Assembly (NCBI GenBank): GCA_963828465.1
Contig: CAWHEU010000021.1
Location: 1-64,000 of the forward strand
DNA from: an uncultured Acidobacteriota bacterium
GTDB lineage: Bacteria > Actinomycetota > Acidimicrobiia > Spongiisociales > ZC4RG35
Length of the DNA: 64,000 nucleotides
Direction of reading: 5' to 3'
A model generated the notes under the pieces. It saw nothing but the letters and a program-made list of their open reading frames with translations, was not told the DNA's origin and did not search any database. The position numbers and the translations under genes were made by a program. Below, one piece after another: positions 60,790-64,000 of the stretch (within the stretch, counting starts at the first letter, position 1; every line of letters begins with the position of its first letter).

Positions 60790-61829
60790 GAGGAACCCCG
60801 CATCGAGCGGAGGACGAGCAGGAAGAACGGAGCGCCCAGGAAGGCAGTGACAACACCGATGGGGAGCTCGGCCGGCGCCACCACGGTTCGCGCACCGAGG
60901 TCGGCGAGGATGAGAAACGAGGCGCCGTACACCAGGGAAAGCGGAATGATCACCCGGTAGCTCCAGCCGGTGAGCAGCCGGATGGTGTGGGGCACGATGA
61001 TCCCGACGAAGGCGATCAGGCCGCTGACACTGACGGCGGCTGCCGTGGCCAAGGTCGCGGCGAGGACGACCAGACGGCGGACGCGCATCACGTCGACGCC
61101 GAGGCCCGCAGCCTCTTCGTCGCCCAGGCCGAGCACATCGAGCAGGCGACGCATGAGGACAAGTACGGTCGCGGCCGCCAGAGCGTAGGGGATGAGGGTC
61201 CAAACCTCGCTCCAGCCAACTGTCACCAATCGCCCGAGAATCCAGGAGTACACCTCTCGCAAGGTCTCGTAGTTGCGCTGGAGCAGGAATGTCTGAACCG
61301 CCGTGGCGAACGCGGCAACGGCGACACCCGCCAGGATCAGAGTGGTGGTTGTCCTGCCACCAACGGTCCGACTGAGTGCATATGTTGCCCCCACCGCGGC
61401 GATGCCGCCCACGAAGGCCACCAACGGGATTGCAGCCGAGCCGGCACCAAGTCCGATCACGGCGGTCGCTCCGAGACCCGCCCCTGCGGCCACACCGAGC
61501 AAATAGGGGTCGGCTAGAGGATTCCGGAAAACACCCTGGTACCCCGCACCGGCAACGGCCAGGACCGCCCCGACCAGGCCGCCGATCACGACACGGGGCA
61601 TTCTCAGCTCGAAGAGGAGCCTGATCTCGACCTCGCTCAGCCCGTGCTCCACAGTCACGAACGGGAGTCGATCGGCAAGTGCCTTGATCACCTCCGCCGG
61701 TGAGAGGGCCACCGAACCAACCAGCACCCCGGCCAAGGCCGCCACGACCAGGATGGCCGCCGCCACCAACCACCGCCCGGCGCCAATTCGCGCCGGAGTG
61801 ACGGCGGGCGGGGACGGCACCTCGCTCAA
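60786..61829 (-). CDS. btuC: Cobalamin ABC transporter permease (FecCD family)
   Basis: LRMPR, QGVFRNPLADPYLLG, IAFVGIIVPH, ELPIGV. Confidence 0.88.
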   Translation of the reverse strand: MSEVPSPPAVTPARIGAGRWLVAAAILVVAALAGVLVGSVALSPAEVIKALADRLPFVTVEHGLSEVEIRLLFELRMPRVVIGGLVGAVLAVAGAGYQGVFRNPLADPYLLGVAAGAGLGATAVIGLGAGSAAIPLVAFVGGIAAVGATYALSRTVGGRTTTTLILAGVAVAAFATAVQTFLLQRNYETLREVYSWILGRLVTVGWSEVWTLIPYALAAATVLVLMRRLLDVLGLGDEEAAGLGVDVMRVRRLVVLAATLATAAAVSVSGLIAFVGIIVPHTIRLLTGWSYRVIIPLSLVYGASFLILADLGARTVVAPAELPIGVVTAFLGAPFFLLVLRSMRGSS

Positions 61830-62806
61830 GAAGCGGACACGATCCCTGTCACCGATTCGGCGATCAACCCCAGCAACTCGACAACACGCGGCCCCCAATT
61901 CGAAGCTAGATAGGCCTCCAACGGGACGATCGCATCGTTCTGAACCGCACTCATCTCAGCCCATCCCGGCCGCTCGCTGAGGCTTTCGGGTGTCACCCCA
62001 AAGTCGACATCAGCGAGATAGATGATGTCCGGGTCCTGGCTGACGATGTACTCGGAGGCGAGTTGCGGGAAGCCGGTGCCGTCGGTGTCCGCCTCGTCTG
62101 CGATGTTGGTCAAACCGAGCAGCCCGTAGATCTGGCCGAGGAAGCTGTTCGAGGACGCCGAAAACAAGGTGGCATCGACCTCGTGATAGAAAGTCACTCC
62201 CGCAGGAATGCTGGTCGTCGCCACGATCTCATCGATGTCCGCCTGCATTTGAGCTACCGCCTCCGCCGCCTCTCCGACATGTCCGGTCGCCGAGCCCAGG
62301 ACCTCCAATTGGGTGTATGAGTCGTCGAGGCTCAACGCTGTCGGGAGAAGGAGGGTCGGCACCCCGACCGCTTCGAGCCCCGACACGAGCTCACCGGGGT
62401 CGAACGAGATCACGACCAGGTCGGGCTCGTAACCCACTATGGCTTCGATGTTCGGGGTGAAACCGGAGAGGTCGGTGATCGGTGCCTCTGTCGGGTAGGT
62501 GGAGAACTCGTCCACGGCGACCACTTGCTCGCCGGCGCCGATGGCGAAGAGCATCTCCGTGCCTGTCGAGGACAGCGAGACGATGCTCTCCGGCATGGCC
62601 TCGATGGTGACCGCGCCGCTGGCATCGCTCACCTCCACCGGGAACCCTGCATCGGCGGCAGTCGTGGTCGGGTCGGGCTCTGCAGTGGTCGTCGGGTCGG
62701 ACGCCACCGTCGTAGTGGCGACCTCGCCGGTCGTGGTGGTGCTCCCACCCTCGGCCGAACACGCAACGATCGCCAGCAGGGTGAGGATCAGCATGATCCT
62801 TCGCAT
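61826..62806 (-). CDS. btuF: Cobalamin-binding lipoprotein
   Basis: Lipobox IVAC, IVSLS..TEMLFAIG, PNIEAI, GPR; downstream of a B12 riboswitch. Confidence 0.85.
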   Translation of the reverse strand: MRRIMLILTLLAIVACSAEGGSTTTTGEVATTTVASDPTTTAEPDPTTTAADAGFPVEVSDASGAVTIEAMPESIVSLSSTGTEMLFAIGAGEQVVAVDEFSTYPTEAPITDLSGFTPNIEAIVGYEPDLVVISFDPGELVSGLEAVGVPTLLLPTALSLDDSYTQLEVLGSATGHVGEAAEAVAQMQADIDEIVATTSIPAGVTFYHEVDATLFSASSNSFLGQIYGLLGLTNIADEADTDGTGFPQLASEYIVSQDPDIIYLADVDFGVTPESLSERPGWAEMSAVQNDAIVPLEAYLASNWGPRVVELLGLIAESVTGIVSAS

Positions 62807-62892
62807 ATGACACATCCTCCGTTATCGGAGGATGAAGAGGCCGGTGGCTTCCCTGAGCCCACGCTTCCGTCTTCATCCGAGACTTTCGTCGT

Positions 62893-62990
62893 GGCCCTGG
62901 AGATCAGGCGACCTGGCTCGTCCCCCGTGAGGGGGCTTCACAGTTGCGGGACAGCACCGGGGTCAAACCGGCTTCGCTGTCTCCGGGGCA
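62893..62990 (-). ncRNA. Cobalamin riboswitch (compact type)
   Basis: Minus strand GCGAAGCCGGTTTGACCCCGGTGCTGTCCCGCAACTGTGA...GAGCCAGGTCGCC, followed by an expression platform before the GGAGG RBS. Confidence 0.88.
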
Positions 62991-63003
62991 ACCCACCATA
63001 TGA

Positions 63004-63036
63004 CAGTGGGCCCGGCCAGCATAGCCGGGCCCACTG
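63004..63036 (-). terminator. 13-bp perfect hairpin downstream of htrA
   Basis: CAGTGGGCCCGGC-CAGCATA-GCCGGGCCCACTG. Confidence 0.65.
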
Positions 63037-63076
63037 GGAGGAGCCTCTGTCCCCCGTAGGGGGAATTTCTCTTCGA

Positions 63077-64000
63077 TCAGCCGAGGTCGGCTGGGCGTTC
63101 GCTCATGGTCACCGGGACCGTTACTTCGTTCCCGTCACGGACGACCACGAGATCGATGGTGTCGCCGGGCTGATGGGTCTGCACCTGAGCTGCGAGATCG
63201 CCGCCATCCTGAACCGGGGCGCCGTCGATGGAGATGACCAGGTCACCAACCTGGAGACCGGCCTCGTCGGCACCGGTGCCCGCAGTGACTTCGTCGATCA
63301 GGGCGCCGCCCTGACCCGACTCGACCACGCCGAGGGATACCCCGAGGTACGCGGTCTGGATCTCCTCACCGGCCACGAGACTCTCGGCAATGCCGTTTGC
63401 GATGTCGATCGGCACGGCGAACCCGACACCGTCGTTGGCGCCGGACAGGCTGAAGATCGAGACATTGATCCCGATCACCCGACCCTGACGGTCGACGAGC
63501 GGGCCACCGGAGTTGCCCGGGTTGATGGCGGCATCGGTCTGTAGAACTGCACGAGCGGAAGCCCCTTGCGGGATGGCCTGGTCGACAGCGGAGATGATTC
63601 CTGAGGTGACAGTGCCCTGTAGGCCCCACGGGCTGCCCACCGCGATTGCCATCTGGCCCACCTGCGGGGCGTCGTCGAGCGCCAGCTCGGCTGCGGGTAG
63701 GTCAGTCCCTTCGACCTGGATCACGGCCACATCCGCGCCAGCGGTGCCACCGAGGACGGTGCCCTCGACCTGCTCACCATCGGCGAAACGGACCGTGACG
63801 GTGTCTGCGCCCTCGACCACGTGGGCCGCAGTCAGGATCAAGCCGCTGGCGTCGTAGATGACACCGGAGCCAACGCCCTGGCCGGCCTGGATCTGGACCA
63901 CCGAGGGGAGGATGACCGCGGCGGCGTCGGCTACCGGCTCCTCGCCGGGGATCACATCAGCGGAGGCCTCTTGCTCATCGGACCCGGGCTCGGCCGTCTG
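63077..64000 (-). CDS. htrA: HtrA/DegP serine protease with PDZ domain, 5' end beyond the window
   Basis: GSGVI, TAAHVV, DVAVI, QTDAAINPGNSGGPL, C-terminal PDZ. Confidence 0.92.
   Translation of the reverse strand, partial: QTAEPGSDEQEASADVIPGEEPVADAAAVILPSVVQIQAGQGVGSGVIYDASGLILTAAHVVEGADTVTVRFADGEQVEGTVLGGTAGADVAVIQVEGTDLPAAELALDDAPQVGQMAIAVGSPWGLQGTVTSGIISAVDQAIPQGASARAVLQTDAAINPGNSGGPLVDRQGRVIGINVSIFSLSGANDGVGFAVPIDIANGIAESLVAGEEIQTAYLGVSLGVVESGQGGALIDEVTAGTGADEAGLQVGDLVISIDGAPVQDGGDLAAQVQTHQPGDTIDLVVVRDGNEVTVPVTMSERPADLG

Noticed and set aside
60013-61773. 586-aa ORF as an extended ABC ATPase
   Set aside because: The first 328 codons are an off-frame shadow of btuC; the real start is the GTG at 60789.

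Overview
High-GC bacterial DNA. Gene content and synteny (galU-moeA/glp-glpR-like-tRNA-Ala(CGC), class E sortase, F420 LLM enzyme, SigR/SigH-type promoter) point to a deep-branching actinobacterium, probably Acidimicrobiia (inference). About ten genes carry single-base frameshifts, including plsY, moeA and acnA, which most likely reflects long-read assembly error. In order the window holds: a sugar-acid catabolic cluster at the 3' end of tRNA-Ala; a translin/TRAX-like gene and the glp/glpR locus; a large polyamine uptake and catabolism region; Mrp, a SufR-like regulator and aconitase; an HD-GYP/DUF5317 module; a split ClpC2-like HTH + Clp-N operon with twin operators; a cyclase-STAND-TPR protein; a cobalamin-riboswitch btuFCD-cobO operon; and htrA. 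The best candidate for an undescribed system is 43356-47676. There an unannotated 25-codon peptide ORF precedes an apparently active and a degenerate membrane HD-GYP phosphodiesterase, next to a DUF5317 membrane protein with signal-peptidase-II-like twin Asp motifs and a divergent conserved protein. This may be peptide-controlled cyclic-dinucleotide signalling. No CRISPR array, rRNA, integrase or transposase was seen. All family calls come from reading motifs; no searches were run.
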